Below, piece after piece: positions 27,012 through 36,754 of a stretch of DNA of 64,000 nucleotides. The stretch's first letter is position 1. Each line of letters opens with the position of its first letter. The notes beneath the pieces were generated by a model that saw only the letters and a list, made by a program, of their open reading frames with translations, was not told where the DNA came from and ran no database searches. The position numbers were made by a program, and so were the translations under genes. Source of the stretch: Candidatus Latescibacterota bacterium (GTDB lineage Bacteria; Latescibacterota; UBA2968; UBA8231); contig OZ241867.1 in NCBI GenBank assembly GCA_965203175.1, positions 1,472,001 to 1,536,000 of the forward strand, written 5' to 3'.

Positions 27012-28190
27012 CTAAGGCAGGGCTTCGAGGAGACGATCGATATCCTCGTGGTTGTTGTACACTGAAGGTGAGAGGCGCATCTTGTTGCCGAAACGCATCG
27101 CTATATGAACATTAGCACTTCTGCAACTGGCCAGGGCAGCTTCGGGGTGCGGCGCTACGAAGGAAAGTATGGGGCTTTCGTTCCCCTGCGGCGTGATCGA
27201 TTGGTACCCCCGCTTCGGCAGTTCCTCCTGCAGGCGATCGGTCAGATCTCTCGCGTGGTTGCGGATTCTATCGACTCCAAGGCGCAGGATGTACTGCAAG
27301 CTCTCTTGGGCGCACACGACTCCTTCGTACGAGGGGTAACTGACCTCGTAGGCACCGACTCCGGTCGGGGATGAAAACGATATATCCTCACTGGCCGAAT
27401 CGGGCTCTTCTACCCAGGGGCGATAGTTGAGTCTCACACCACCCGTGGGTTGAGACGGTTTGAGCACGTCGAGCTGCAAATCAGAACGAACGTACAAAAA
27501 CCCGAACCCCTTGACGCCCATCAGCCACTTAAATGTCGAACAAGCCGCAAAGTCGATGCCCATCGCCTTGACGTCGATCGGAACGCCGCCCGCGGCCTGC
27601 ATAATATCGACATACAGATATGCGCCGTTGTCGTGAGCTAGCTTGCTCAGCGCCGCGACATCTGCGACATACCCATTGACGTTTGACACCAGTGCCACTG
27701 AAATCAGCCGGGTGTTGCCATCGACCGCGTCTTCCATGGCGGCCATGTCGATTTGCCAGTTGCGATGTGTCGCCAATACTGGCGACAGACTGCTCTTGAC
27801 GATCCGCACGTCGAGACCTTGCTGCTCGCGAAACTTGTAGTTGGATATGCAAGGGCTAAAGTTCAGGTCCGATATCACCACATTGCCGCCAGCCAGATGA
27901 TCCCGCAAGCCGTTGAGGATATTGCTCTCCGATTCCACCGTGCTGCGCGCAAAGGCGATTTCACCGGGGTCGGCGTTGATGAGCTGGGCAAATAGGGCCT
28001 TGGCTTGGTCGCGCGGCGGTGCCCAAGCCGGCCACCACGGCTCCCCTACCTCGTTGGCGACCCAATCGACGTACCGGTGCAGGGCCGTGGCCGAGTGCAC
28101 ACTGATCGGATGCGACGAGGCGTTGTCGAAGTACGCCATGGTCCGCGCGCGCGGGAAGTCTTCGCGCACTCTCTCGAAAAGATCTGTCAT
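27012..28190 (-). CDS. Aminotransferase class V / PLP-dependent enzyme
   Basis: YFDNAS, VDIMQAAG, CSTFKWLMG (PLP Lys), RLSPSVYN. Confidence 0.92.
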   Translation of the reverse strand: MTDLFERVREDFPRARTMAYFDNASSHPISVHSATALHRYVDWVANEVGEPWWPAWAPPRDQAKALFAQLINADPGEIAFARSTVESESNILNGLRDHLAGGNVVISDLNFSPCISNYKFREQQGLDVRIVKSSLSPVLATHRNWQIDMAAMEDAVDGNTRLISVALVSNVNGYVADVAALSKLAHDNGAYLYVDIMQAAGGVPIDVKAMGIDFAACSTFKWLMGVKGFGFLYVRSDLQLDVLKPSQPTGGVRLNYRPWVEEPDSASEDISFSSPTGVGAYEVSYPSYEGVVCAQESLQYILRLGVDRIRNHARDLTDRLQEELPKRGYQSITPQGNESPILSFVAPHPEAALASCRSANVHIAMRFGNKMRLSPSVYNNHEDIDRLLEALP

Positions 28191-28260
28191 ACTCGGCTCT
28201 CCTCGTATAAAACCTGCATTATACTCAAATGTTGTTTTTGACCACCACCGTCTGCGGCAA

Positions 28261-28851
28261 CTACAGATCCTTGTACCAAGTCAGTTGCACCTCGTCTAGG
28301 CCCTCGGTACGGTAGGCGTAGAGATGGACATGACCGAGTTTGGCACCCATGCGAGCGTAGAAGCGACAAGCGGGGACGTTGATATTTTGGGTTTCGATCT
28401 TGAGTTGGGTGCAACCCCGCTGCTTGGCGCAGGTCTCGGCGCGTTGGAAGAGCGTCCTGCCCACGCCACGTCCTTGATATTCGGGCCGCACGCGGATGTC
28501 CCAGAGACCGGCTAAGTCTTCGCGCCCTTCGCAGTAGTCTAAGCCCTCGCCGTGAAAGGCGACAATGGCCCCGCCGATGCGCTCTTGTTCCCTGTATGCG
28601 GCGAGGACAATCCACCGCGAGAGGTCCCATGTTCTCCGGGTCCAGCGCTCGGGGCCGCCGGAGTGATCGTAGTTTTTGATATAGGGCGGATCGATGGGTT
28701 CTTCGACCAGCCGAATTCCCTCCAAGCCATTGTCGGAGAGTTCGATGCGCAAGCGACTTCTTACTTCAAGCGCGATGGGCACTTGGCCGTATTCGAATAG
28801 GACGTCGATGCTTTCTTCTTGGATGCGAAAATTTATCGGTGTCCTCGACAT
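28261..28851 (-). CDS. GNAT acetyltransferase (streptothricin acetyltransferase-like)
   Basis: LWDIRVRPEYQGRGVG, IETQNINVPACRFY; start coupled to the upstream stop (TAATG). Confidence 0.9.
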   Translation of the reverse strand: MSRTPINFRIQEESIDVLFEYGQVPIALEVRSRLRIELSDNGLEGIRLVEEPIDPPYIKNYDHSGGPERWTRRTWDLSRWIVLAAYREQERIGGAIVAFHGEGLDYCEGREDLAGLWDIRVRPEYQGRGVGRTLFQRAETCAKQRGCTQLKIETQNINVPACRFYARMGAKLGHVHLYAYRTEGLDEVQLTWYKDL

Positions 28852-29771
28852 TAGGAGGCGCTCTTGCCCAAGGTGCTGCACATCGATCCGACGACCACCA
28901 GTATGGTGCCGCCGATGGCGGGTTTGTTGAGGGGTTCCATGGGGACTAGGTTGGGGTCGAAGAGGGCTAGCAGGCCCATCACGGCCATCGTGACCAGAGG
29001 AGTCAGCGAGACTAGCGCGCCCATGCGCGAAGCCTCCATCCGCTTGAGCGATTCGGCGAAGCTGAGATAGGAGATGAGGGTGAAGACGACCGAGCAGGCC
29101 AAGAGCAAGCAGGGAATGGCCGGCAGGTCGAATATGCGGCTCGGCTGGGCCAAGGGCAGGAAGAGCATCGTGCCAAACCAATAGACTAAGGCCATAATCG
29201 AGGTCGAGGGCAGATGCCGCAGCAGGGGTTTTTGCGCCAGCATGAAAACTCCCCAGAGGATGGCCGAGGCAAAGACGAGCCACACGCCGATGCCGTAGTT
29301 TTCCAACACGAAGAGCAGCTCGGAAAAGCGCTGATTAAAAAAGAGTCCCATGCCCACGATCAGCACACCGAGGCCGACCCACTGCAGACGACTAAAGGCT
29401 TCTTTGAAGAAGATCAACCCGCCCAAGAGCACAATTATTGGCGAAAACTGCATCACGATCTGAGCCGAACCAGGCGAGATGCGGCTCAGCCCCATCAGAT
29501 ACGTCAGGTAATTGCCGCCGAGACCGAGGACGCAAACCACTGCTAGAACCGAAGCTGCGCCGCGAATCCGAAAAGGAGACGCGAGCCCGTAGCGAAAGTG
29601 GATGACGGGAATCAGCATAGCCCCCGCGAGCAGAAAGCGGTACCAGGTAACCGTAAAGGGGTCCAACGATTGCAACAACAGCTTGAGCACCACGGGCAGG
29701 GCACCCCACAGCAGCAGGGTGATAGCGGCGAGGGTCAGCCCCAGCGATCGACGCTCAATCCGGTCGCTCAC
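28851..29771 (-). CDS. DMT/EamA family transporter
   Basis: About 10 TM segments; LLWGALPVVLK, TWYRF, FFKEAF. Confidence 0.93.
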   Translation of the reverse strand: MSDRIERRSLGLTLAAITLLLWGALPVVLKLLLQSLDPFTVTWYRFLLAGAMLIPVIHFRYGLASPFRIRGAASVLAVVCVLGLGGNYLTYLMGLSRISPGSAQIVMQFSPIIVLLGGLIFFKEAFSRLQWVGLGVLIVGMGLFFNQRFSELLFVLENYGIGVWLVFASAILWGVFMLAQKPLLRHLPSTSIMALVYWFGTMLFLPLAQPSRIFDLPAIPCLLLACSVVFTLISYLSFAESLKRMEASRMGALVSLTPLVTMAVMGLLALFDPNLVPMEPLNKPAIGGTILVVVGSMCSTLGKSAS

Positions 29772-29776
29772 AGTTG

Positions 29777-30910
29777 CTAAGACGCCCTCAGCCTCTCGAC
29801 GACCCCTTCATCCACCTCAATCCCCAACCCCGGTCCAGTCGGCACGCGCCCAAAGCTGTCCTCTTGGTCAAACGGCACTGCGCATAGTTCTTGGCGGATG
29901 GCGCTCGGCGTGCGGTCGAATTCCATCACCGGCTCCTGCATATAGGGCTGGACGTTGCGCGCTGGTGGGCAGGGCGGCAAGGTGGCGGCAAGGTGCAACG
30001 TGGCGGCGATCATGACGGGCGATCCCCAGACGTGGGGGTTGATCTGAACGCCGCAGGCGTTGGCCATGGCGCAGATGCGCTGCATTTCAGTGATGCCGCC
30101 GCAGTGCATGATGTCGGGCTGGACGATATCGTACGCGCGGCGCGTCAGGTAGGGCTTGAATTCATAGCGGGTGCGCAGGTTTTCGCCGCCGGCAATGGCC
30201 ATGGGCAGCGCGGCTTTGACTTCCAGATAGGCGTCCAAGTCTTGGGCGTTGACCGGCTCTTCAAACCACACCAGATCCAGATCGGCCAGCTTCTGGCCAA
30301 TGCGAATCGCCGTGGTGGCGTTGTAGGCTTCGTTGGCATCGACCATGAGATGAATGTCCGGGCCGATGGCATCGCGCAGGGCGCGGACGCGCGCGACATC
30401 CTCGGCGATGGACAGCCCCCCGACCTTGGTCTTCATTCCCTTGAAGCCTGCGGTCACATAGCCCCGCGCCTCGTCGAGCAGGCGGTCGGGAAACTCGCCT
30501 TCGGTATAGTAGAGGCCGGTGGCATAGACGGCAACTTTATCGCGGACCTTGCCGCCGAGGAGCGCGCAGACCGGGAGGCTGGTGGCTTTGCCTGCGAGAT
30601 CCCAAAGGGCGATGTCGAGCGCGGAAAGGGCGCTGCCGGCTAGGCCGACTGCGTTGTTGCCGTTGTAGAGAGCGTGAAACATGCGCTCCCACAGCCCCGC
30701 GCGATCCATGGGGTCTTGGCCGATGAGCAGCGGAGCGAGCAAGCCGTCGATGAGACCGGCGGCCGCGCCTTCGCCCCAGCCGATGAGGCCGTCGTCCGTG
30801 GTGACTTTAACGAGCGTGGTGCTGCGCTGGTCGAGCCAGCCTTGGGACCAGCCAAAGGGCTGCTCAAGGGGGCAGGCGAGGTCGAAGGTTTCGATGGCGG
30901 CGATTTTCAT
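29777..30910 (-). CDS. Mandelate racemase/muconate lactonizing enzyme family (sugar-acid dehydratase-like)
   Basis: GWGE, ALDIALWDLAGK, KTK, MVDAN, WFEEP, GGE, QPD, PH, PGLG. Confidence 0.93.
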   Translation of the reverse strand: MKIAAIETFDLACPLEQPFGWSQGWLDQRSTTLVKVTTDDGLIGWGEGAAAGLIDGLLAPLLIGQDPMDRAGLWERMFHALYNGNNAVGLAGSALSALDIALWDLAGKATSLPVCALLGGKVRDKVAVYATGLYYTEGEFPDRLLDEARGYVTAGFKGMKTKVGGLSIAEDVARVRALRDAIGPDIHLMVDANEAYNATTAIRIGQKLADLDLVWFEEPVNAQDLDAYLEVKAALPMAIAGGENLRTRYEFKPYLTRRAYDIVQPDIMHCGGITEMQRICAMANACGVQINPHVWGSPVMIAATLHLAATLPPCPPARNVQPYMQEPVMEFDRTPSAIRQELCAVPFDQEDSFGRVPTGPGLGIEVDEGVVERLRAS

Positions 30911-30924
30911 ATAAGTCCTTGAGG

Positions 30925-30953
30925 TTGACAGTTGTGGGGGGTGAATATAGGGT
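30925..30953 (+). promoter_or_regulatory. Putative sigma70 promoter TTGACA-N17-TAGGGT
   Basis: Consensus -35 with 17-nt spacer, ahead of the 30983-38479 co-directional run. Confidence 0.5.
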
Positions 30954-30982
30954 ATGCAAGTTTGCGGATAAAGGAGACCGAC

Positions 30983-32121
30983 ATGAAAATCACCGAGGTG
31001 AAATTGCTAGTGTTGGAAGACCCAAGCAGCAAGGGGCGCGGCGGTCACAGTATCGCGCGGGTAGAAGGGTTGCGGAGGATCCAATACACGCACCAGGGAA
31101 GGCCAAACCAGGAATTGCGCCCGGCGCGGCAGAGCTTTTTGGAAGTCCATACGGACGAGGGAATCGTCGGACGCAGCGACACATCGATGACGCCCTATCA
31201 GGCCGACATCGTGCGGTATCACGCGATGGGACGGAGCCCGTGGGAGCGCGAGGGGTTGTTTCAGCAGTTTTGGAAGGGGACCCGATGGGTGTACCAGCCC
31301 CCAGGGTGGTTTGGGGCGTTCGATAACTGTCTGTGGGACATTTTGGGCAAGGCCGCGGGCTTGCCAGTCTATGCGTTAGTGGGGCGTGTGCGGCCGCGAC
31401 TGCCCGCGTATCTGACCGGTGGGGATACGGACATAGAGGGATATCTCAGCGCTATAGAACTCGGCAAGGAAATGGGCATTGGGGCGTACAAGTTTCACAC
31501 GTACAAAGGAGGAAAGGCCGATATCCCCATTTACAGAGCCGTGCGCGACGCCGTAGGACCGGACTACGAGTTGATCACCGATCCAGTGTGTTCCTATGAC
31601 TTGCGCGAGGCCATTGAAGTGGGCGCGTGCTAGAAGAACTGGATTTTGTGTGGTTGGAAGAGCCGATGCACGAGCAGAAAATGAATCAATATCAGGAACT
31701 GTGCCGAGCGTTGACCATTCCGGTGATGGGCACCGAGATGCTGATGCACGACATCGACCTGACGGCGCAATGGCTGATCCAAGGAGCGACCGATCGCCTG
31801 CGAGGCAATGCCCGGCACGGGACGACTCAGGTGCTGAAGCTGGCGCATCTGGCCGAGTTGCACGGAGCGAATATCGAACTGAATGGCAGCGGGGCATTGG
31901 ATGGGCTGGTACACGCGCACTTGGGCTGCTGTATCGACAACACGGATTTCTACGAGTTTTTCGGGGCAACGGCCGACAGCCTGCGGCAGACCGGGGCGCA
32001 GTGGGGCTTGCTCAACGCGCCCTTGATTGAAGAAGGGCACATCGCGCCCCCGGATGGGCCGGGTTGGGGTGCGGAGTGGGACGAGGAGAAGTTCAGTTCG
32101 CTGGTGGCTGAAGAGCACTGA
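30983..32121 (+). pseudogene. Enolase-superfamily (MR/MLE) gene split by a 1-nt frameshift near 31620
   Basis: The 5' ORF ends AIEVGAC*; the 3' ORF starts VLEELDFVWLEEP. Adding one base to GAAGTGGGCGCGTGCTAG restores EVGRVLEELDF. Could be an assembly indel. Confidence 0.8.
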
Positions 32122-32133
32122 GAAGGAGGACGC

Positions 32134-32994
32134 ATGAAAAGCTGGCAACCCACCCAAGTCCAAGTCCGCTCCTGGGAGGAAAAGGGCTATTTCACAGTGT
32201 CTGGGGTCGCAACCGCCGACCAAGCGGCGGAGATGCGCGGAGTGATCAAGAACGTCCTGTACACGCCCGAGCCCGAGAACGTGCGCACGGACGCCGACCC
32301 CATGGACCCAATGGGCGCTGCACCCGAGGCGCGGGCGCAGCGCTTTCGCAAGTTCAACCGCTGGTGCCACACCGCGCCGCTAGTCTGGCACACGGTACAC
32401 GCCGGGGCGATGGCACCGCTGGCGCAGTACTACTTGGGCGACGATATCCTGCTCAAGTTCAGCAGCGTCTTCGTCAAGCCGGCCAAGACCGGCGCGGCCA
32501 CGCCTTGGCACCAAGACAACGGGCTGTGGCGCGATGGCGAGACCGAGCCGTTCAACTTTTGGATGGCCCTCGACCCAGCCAAACGCGAAAATGGCTGCCT
32601 GCAGTTCATTCCAGGAAGCCACAAAACCGAGATCGTCGAGCACGTGCTCTACGCCGACAGCATCCACGGTGAGCTACCGAGGGAGCGGGTCACAGCCCTA
32701 AAAGCTGAGCGCGGCGTCGAGCACATTGAGCTGGCACCAGGCGATGTCGTCTGCTGGCACAGCAGCATGTGGCACTACAGTCCGGTCAACGAGAGTCCTC
32801 AGAGCCGGATCGGCATCGCTGGCGTCTATACCACGCCGGCCCTGGCCGACCGCTCGCCGCGCACTTGGGGCAATCTCCATTGGGTGCTGCGAAAAGGCGC
32901 GTTGTGCCAGAATTTTCCGCCGGACGAATACGAAGTACATGGAGAAAACAAGTCGCCGCTCCAGCCATTTCCGCGAGCCGAACAACGTTCATAA
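32134..32994 (+). CDS. PhyH-family dioxygenase
   Basis: TPWHQD, WMALD, NGCLQFIPGSH, PGDVVCWH..WHYS, SR. Confidence 0.93.
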   Translation: MKSWQPTQVQVRSWEEKGYFTVSGVATADQAAEMRGVIKNVLYTPEPENVRTDADPMDPMGAAPEARAQRFRKFNRWCHTAPLVWHTVHAGAMAPLAQYYLGDDILLKFSSVFVKPAKTGAATPWHQDNGLWRDGETEPFNFWMALDPAKRENGCLQFIPGSHKTEIVEHVLYADSIHGELPRERVTALKAERGVEHIELAPGDVVCWHSSMWHYSPVNESPQSRIGIAGVYTTPALADRSPRTWGNLHWVLRKGALCQNFPPDEYEVHGENKSPLQPFPRAEQRS

Positions 32995-33015
32995 AACCAA
33001 AAGGGATTGCACAAG

Positions 33016-33936
33016 ATGAGCGAAGCATATGTAGTCGATAAGAATCTGGGGCAGCCGTTGCTGTTGGAGGAAGGCGACCTGCCGCAAAAAAACGCCGATG
33101 GCGAGCCGGTCGTCGCGCTGACCGACGAGCAGAAATACCTCTTCGATGTTCACGGGTGGCTCTTGGTGCCCGGGGTCTTGGCCGACGACGAGATTGAAGC
33201 CATGCGCGAGTACGCCTTGCGCGTGCAGAACCACCCGGAGTCACTTCCGGAACACGAGCGTTCCCTTGTCGCTGGGCCGCTGGAGAAGCTGACCGATCAT
33301 CCGGTTGTAGTGGGTTTCCTCAACGAATTTCTGGCGTTCCCAGGGCTGTCGAGCACCGAGTGCTACGGGTTTAGGATGGAGGGCAGCAACTTGCGCAACC
33401 CAGCGGCGACCCCCGACCGAGAGGGCGTTTTCAACCCGCACAATGGCAGCGGCTTCTTCCGCTTTGCCGTGGATTCGCACCACTACCAGAGCATTCCCGG
33501 CAAGTCCTTCAGCGGGTTGACGCGAGTGGTGTGGGAACTGGCTCCAGTCAAAATGCGGCAAGGCGGCACGCTCTTAGCCACGGGGAGCCACAAGGCTGCA
33601 TACCCCTCTCCCGAATCGATTCAGGACCCGCATTCGGCCGTGTGGGAAACATACGAGTGCCCGGCTGGGTCCGTGCTGTTTTTTACCGAGGCGCTCGCGC
33701 ACAGCACCTCGCCGTGGACCAATGCCGACAACGAGCGGGTGGGAATCTTTAACCTCTATAATAGCGTTGGCTCGCGCTGGAGTTCGTGGTTGCCGCCGGC
33801 CGAACTCGTCGCGCAGATGCCGCCGATGCGGCAGACCCTATTTCGCGGCACGTACTGCGCCGACAACGTACCGGGCTTTCGCTACGGCGGCCAAAACCAG
33901 CGGGACCGGCCGGTCGCCAAAAAGGAAAGCGACTGA
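33016..33936 (+). CDS. PhyH-family dioxygenase with H-N-G motif
   Basis: YLFDVHGWLLVPGVL, PHNG, TGSHK, PAGSVLFFTEALAHST, ERV. Confidence 0.87.
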   Translation: MSEAYVVDKNLGQPLLLEEGDLPQKNADGEPVVALTDEQKYLFDVHGWLLVPGVLADDEIEAMREYALRVQNHPESLPEHERSLVAGPLEKLTDHPVVVGFLNEFLAFPGLSSTECYGFRMEGSNLRNPAATPDREGVFNPHNGSGFFRFAVDSHHYQSIPGKSFSGLTRVVWELAPVKMRQGGTLLATGSHKAAYPSPESIQDPHSAVWETYECPAGSVLFFTEALAHSTSPWTNADNERVGIFNLYNSVGSRWSSWLPPAELVAQMPPMRQTLFRGTYCADNVPGFRYGGQNQRDRPVAKKESD

Positions 33937-34949
33937 TGTATATCCAAGACCAAGTTTCCATCGGCGAACTCGACGCCGAGCATCTGAGCTTCTTTCGCGC
34001 GATTGGGGTGGACTCGATCCATCTGGACTTGCGCGGGGGCGCGCCCGCCGCCGGGCGTCGGGGTGGCACCGGCTCGGCGAATACGTCGCTGGCACAGGAT
34101 ATAAAGGCCGGCAAGGACTGCACCGATGCATTGGCGCAGGCGCGGGAAAAGGTCGAGGCGCACGGCATGAAGCTGAACAATATCTTCATGCCCGCTTGGG
34201 AGGAGATCACCTTGGCCGAAGAGGACATGGACGAGAAGATCGGCCACTGGTGCAAGATGCTGGAGAGCGTGGGCCAAGCCGGCATTGCCTGCGTGGGCTG
34301 GAACTTTAAACCCATGGGCAATTTTCGCACCCCTGCGGATACGGGTAGGGGCGGCGTGCAATACAGTACGTTCGACTACGCAGTTTTTGCGAAAAACCGG
34401 CCCGAACCGCACGACCCGCCAGTGGACGAGGCGCAGATGTGGGCGCGGATGGAGCGATTTTTAGCGGCGGCGATCCCCGCGGCCGAAAAGGCGGGTGTAC
34501 GGATGGCCCTGCACCCGGACGACCCGCCGATTCCCGAGCCGCTAGGGGGCGTGGCGCAGATTTGTTCGACCCTAGAGCAGTTCCGCAAGATCTTCTTCGA
34601 GATCGCGCCGAGCGACAGCAATTGCATGCTCTTTTGCCAAGGGTGCATGACCGAGTTGCTGGGGCCAGAAAAGATCTACGATGCGATCGCCGAGATGGCT
34701 GCAAAGGACAAGATCGCGTGGGTGCATTTCCGCAATGTGCGCGGGCAGTTGCCGCGATTTACCGAGGTGTTCTTAGACGAGGGAGAGGTGGATATGCGGC
34801 GAGCGATGGAGGTGTATCGGGATAATGGTTTCAATGGGCCGTATATGATGGATCATACGCCGTCCTTTGCGCATGGGTACGGGTCGTTGTACGGGAAGGC
34901 GTATGCGATTGGGTATATTCGAGCGTTGATCCAGATGGTGTACGGGTGA
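33936..34949 (+). CDS. uxuA: Mannonate dehydratase (UxuA)-like protein
   Basis: RMALHPDDPP, FCQG, VHFRNVRG, EVFLDEG, MDHTP, AYAIGYIRAL; TGATG coupling. Family-level call. Confidence 0.8.
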   Translation: MYIQDQVSIGELDAEHLSFFRAIGVDSIHLDLRGGAPAAGRRGGTGSANTSLAQDIKAGKDCTDALAQAREKVEAHGMKLNNIFMPAWEEITLAEEDMDEKIGHWCKMLESVGQAGIACVGWNFKPMGNFRTPADTGRGGVQYSTFDYAVFAKNRPEPHDPPVDEAQMWARMERFLAAAIPAAEKAGVRMALHPDDPPIPEPLGGVAQICSTLEQFRKIFFEIAPSDSNCMLFCQGCMTELLGPEKIYDAIAEMAAKDKIAWVHFRNVRGQLPRFTEVFLDEGEVDMRRAMEVYRDNGFNGPYMMDHTPSFAHGYGSLYGKAYAIGYIRALIQMVYG

Positions 34950-34986
34950 ATCGGGTGTAAACGCAGGACGACTTGGAGGAGAGACT

Positions 34987-35847
34987 ATGCCAGTATTGAG
35001 CAAAGAAGATCGGGCCTTCTGGGAGGAGAACGGCTATGTAATCGTCCACAACGCCGTGCCCCAGGAAAACTTGGACGCGATGGTAGCGGCGATCTGGGAA
35101 TTTCTGGAGATGGACCCAGAATGCGAAGAGGATTGGTACAAGTACCAGCCCTATACCCGCGACAATCGGTGCTCGCCGATATCAGCGGCGGGCATGGTCG
35201 AAATCTACCAGCACCAAGCCTTGTGGGATAATCGGCAGTACCCCAAGGTGCATCAGGCTTTTGCCGAGATCTGGGGCGAGGAGAAACTGTGGGTCTCGCT
35301 GGACCGGGCCAATATGAAACCGCCAGCGCGCGAGGATCGGCCCGAATGGTGCAACAAGGGGATGATTCACTGGGACGTCGATACGGCACAGCAGCCGGTG
35401 TCCTTTGGGGTGCAAGGGGTGCTGTATTTGACGGATACGGCAGAGGACCAAGGCGGCTTCCAGTGCGTACCCGGCTTTCACCGGATGTTCGACGAATGGG
35501 TCAAGACTCAGCCGGCGGATCGCAATACGCGCAAACCCGATCTAACAGAGCTGACGGTCGAATCGATTGCGGGCCAAGCCGGAGACCTGCTGATCTGGCA
35601 TCGGTTGTTGGCCCACGGCAACGGCCACAATCGGTCCGATCGTCCGCGATTGGCGCAGTATATCACCATGAAGCCAGCACCTGCAGACGCAGAAGCCACA
35701 CGCCAGGAGCGGATCACGGCTTGGCAGGAGCGGCGACCGACGCCCCGCTGGCCCGGCGATGAGCGAGATTGGGAACACCAGCATCAGCAGCCAGCCAAGT
35801 TAACTTCCCTAGGACGGAAGCTCTTGGGAGCAGATCCGTGGAATTAA
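34987..35847 (+). CDS. PhyH-family dioxygenase
   Basis: FWEENGY, IHWD, GGFQCVPGFH, AGDLLIWH..LAHGN, PRLAQY. Confidence 0.92.
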   Translation: MPVLSKEDRAFWEENGYVIVHNAVPQENLDAMVAAIWEFLEMDPECEEDWYKYQPYTRDNRCSPISAAGMVEIYQHQALWDNRQYPKVHQAFAEIWGEEKLWVSLDRANMKPPAREDRPEWCNKGMIHWDVDTAQQPVSFGVQGVLYLTDTAEDQGGFQCVPGFHRMFDEWVKTQPADRNTRKPDLTELTVESIAGQAGDLLIWHRLLAHGNGHNRSDRPRLAQYITMKPAPADAEATRQERITAWQERRPTPRWPGDERDWEHQHQQPAKLTSLGRKLLGADPWN

Positions 35848-35871
35848 AACAGACCTTTAAGGAGCGATTCA

Positions 35872-36753
35872 ATGAGTAAGAAAATCAACCGCGCCGTCGA
35901 ACTCCTCGCCGAGGATCAGCCCATCTACTACACAGGTGCCCACGCCGGACACGTGCTGACCTACGAACAGGGCAAAGAGGACGCTGCAACTTGGGCCGAC
36001 TACATCAACGTCGGAATGGAACACGGCTCGTTCGACATGACCGGACTAGATGAGTACTTGCGCGGCTTAATCGCCGGCGGGCCAACCCGCAGCGGGCACC
36101 GAACTCCGGCGATCATCGTCGAGGCCCCAGTCGAGGGCCGATCCGAGGAGATCGTCCGCTACAACGCTTGGCAGTTTCGGCAGATCCTAGGCCGAGGCGC
36201 ACACGGAATTCTGCTTTGCCAAGCCGAATCGGCCGGGGCCGTCCGGGCCTTTGTCGAGTCGTGCCGTTATCCTATCAACACCATCGGCGTCGGTGCCGAG
36301 TTGGGCCAAGGTACGCGCGGCGTTGGCTCAGAAGGGGTGTGTGCAGGCGTGTGGGGCGCGAGCCGCGACGAGTATCTAACCAAGGCCGATCCTTGGCCGC
36401 TCAATCCAGAAGGCGAGTTGCTGTTGGGGCTGAAGATCGAGTCGGTGGCGGCCCTGCCCCACATCGAGGAAATCCTGTCCGTACCGGGGATCGGCTTTGC
36501 CGAAATGGGTCCGGGCGATTTGAGCATTTCGCTGGGGTATCGGACGATGCCGCAGCCGTGGCCCGCAGAGATGCAGGAGACGCACGAGCGGGTCAAGGCG
36601 GCGTGCCGGCAAAACGGCGTGGCCTTTTTGGACGGGTCCACACCCGAGACGGTTGCGGAGAAAATTGACGCTGGGGCGCGCGTGTTCTCAGGGGGAAATG
36701 AAGAAACAGCCCGAGTAGGGCGAGCGCACACTCAGCGAAAGATGCCGGCGTAG
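35872..36753 (+). CDS. HpcH/HpaI aldolase/citrate lyase family protein, divergent
   Basis: GMEHG, CRYP, KIES, EMGPGDLSISLG. Confidence 0.85.
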   Translation: MSKKINRAVELLAEDQPIYYTGAHAGHVLTYEQGKEDAATWADYINVGMEHGSFDMTGLDEYLRGLIAGGPTRSGHRTPAIIVEAPVEGRSEEIVRYNAWQFRQILGRGAHGILLCQAESAGAVRAFVESCRYPINTIGVGAELGQGTRGVGSEGVCAGVWGASRDEYLTKADPWPLNPEGELLLGLKIESVAALPHIEEILSVPGIGFAEMGPGDLSISLGYRTMPQPWPAEMQETHERVKAACRQNGVAFLDGSTPETVAEKIDAGARVFSGGNEETARVGRAHTQRKMPA

Positions 36754-36754
36754 C

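Noticed and set aside
28852-29283. Long N-terminal extensions of the GNAT gene (also 33786-33935, 42068-42592, 53908-53991, 56496-56588)
   Set aside because: They overlap neighbouring genes; internal starts have an SD or stop-start coupling.
31631-31633. TAG readthrough, pyrrolysine or a recoded stop
   Set aside because: The downstream half is in a different frame, so this is an indel; many other genes end normally at TAG.
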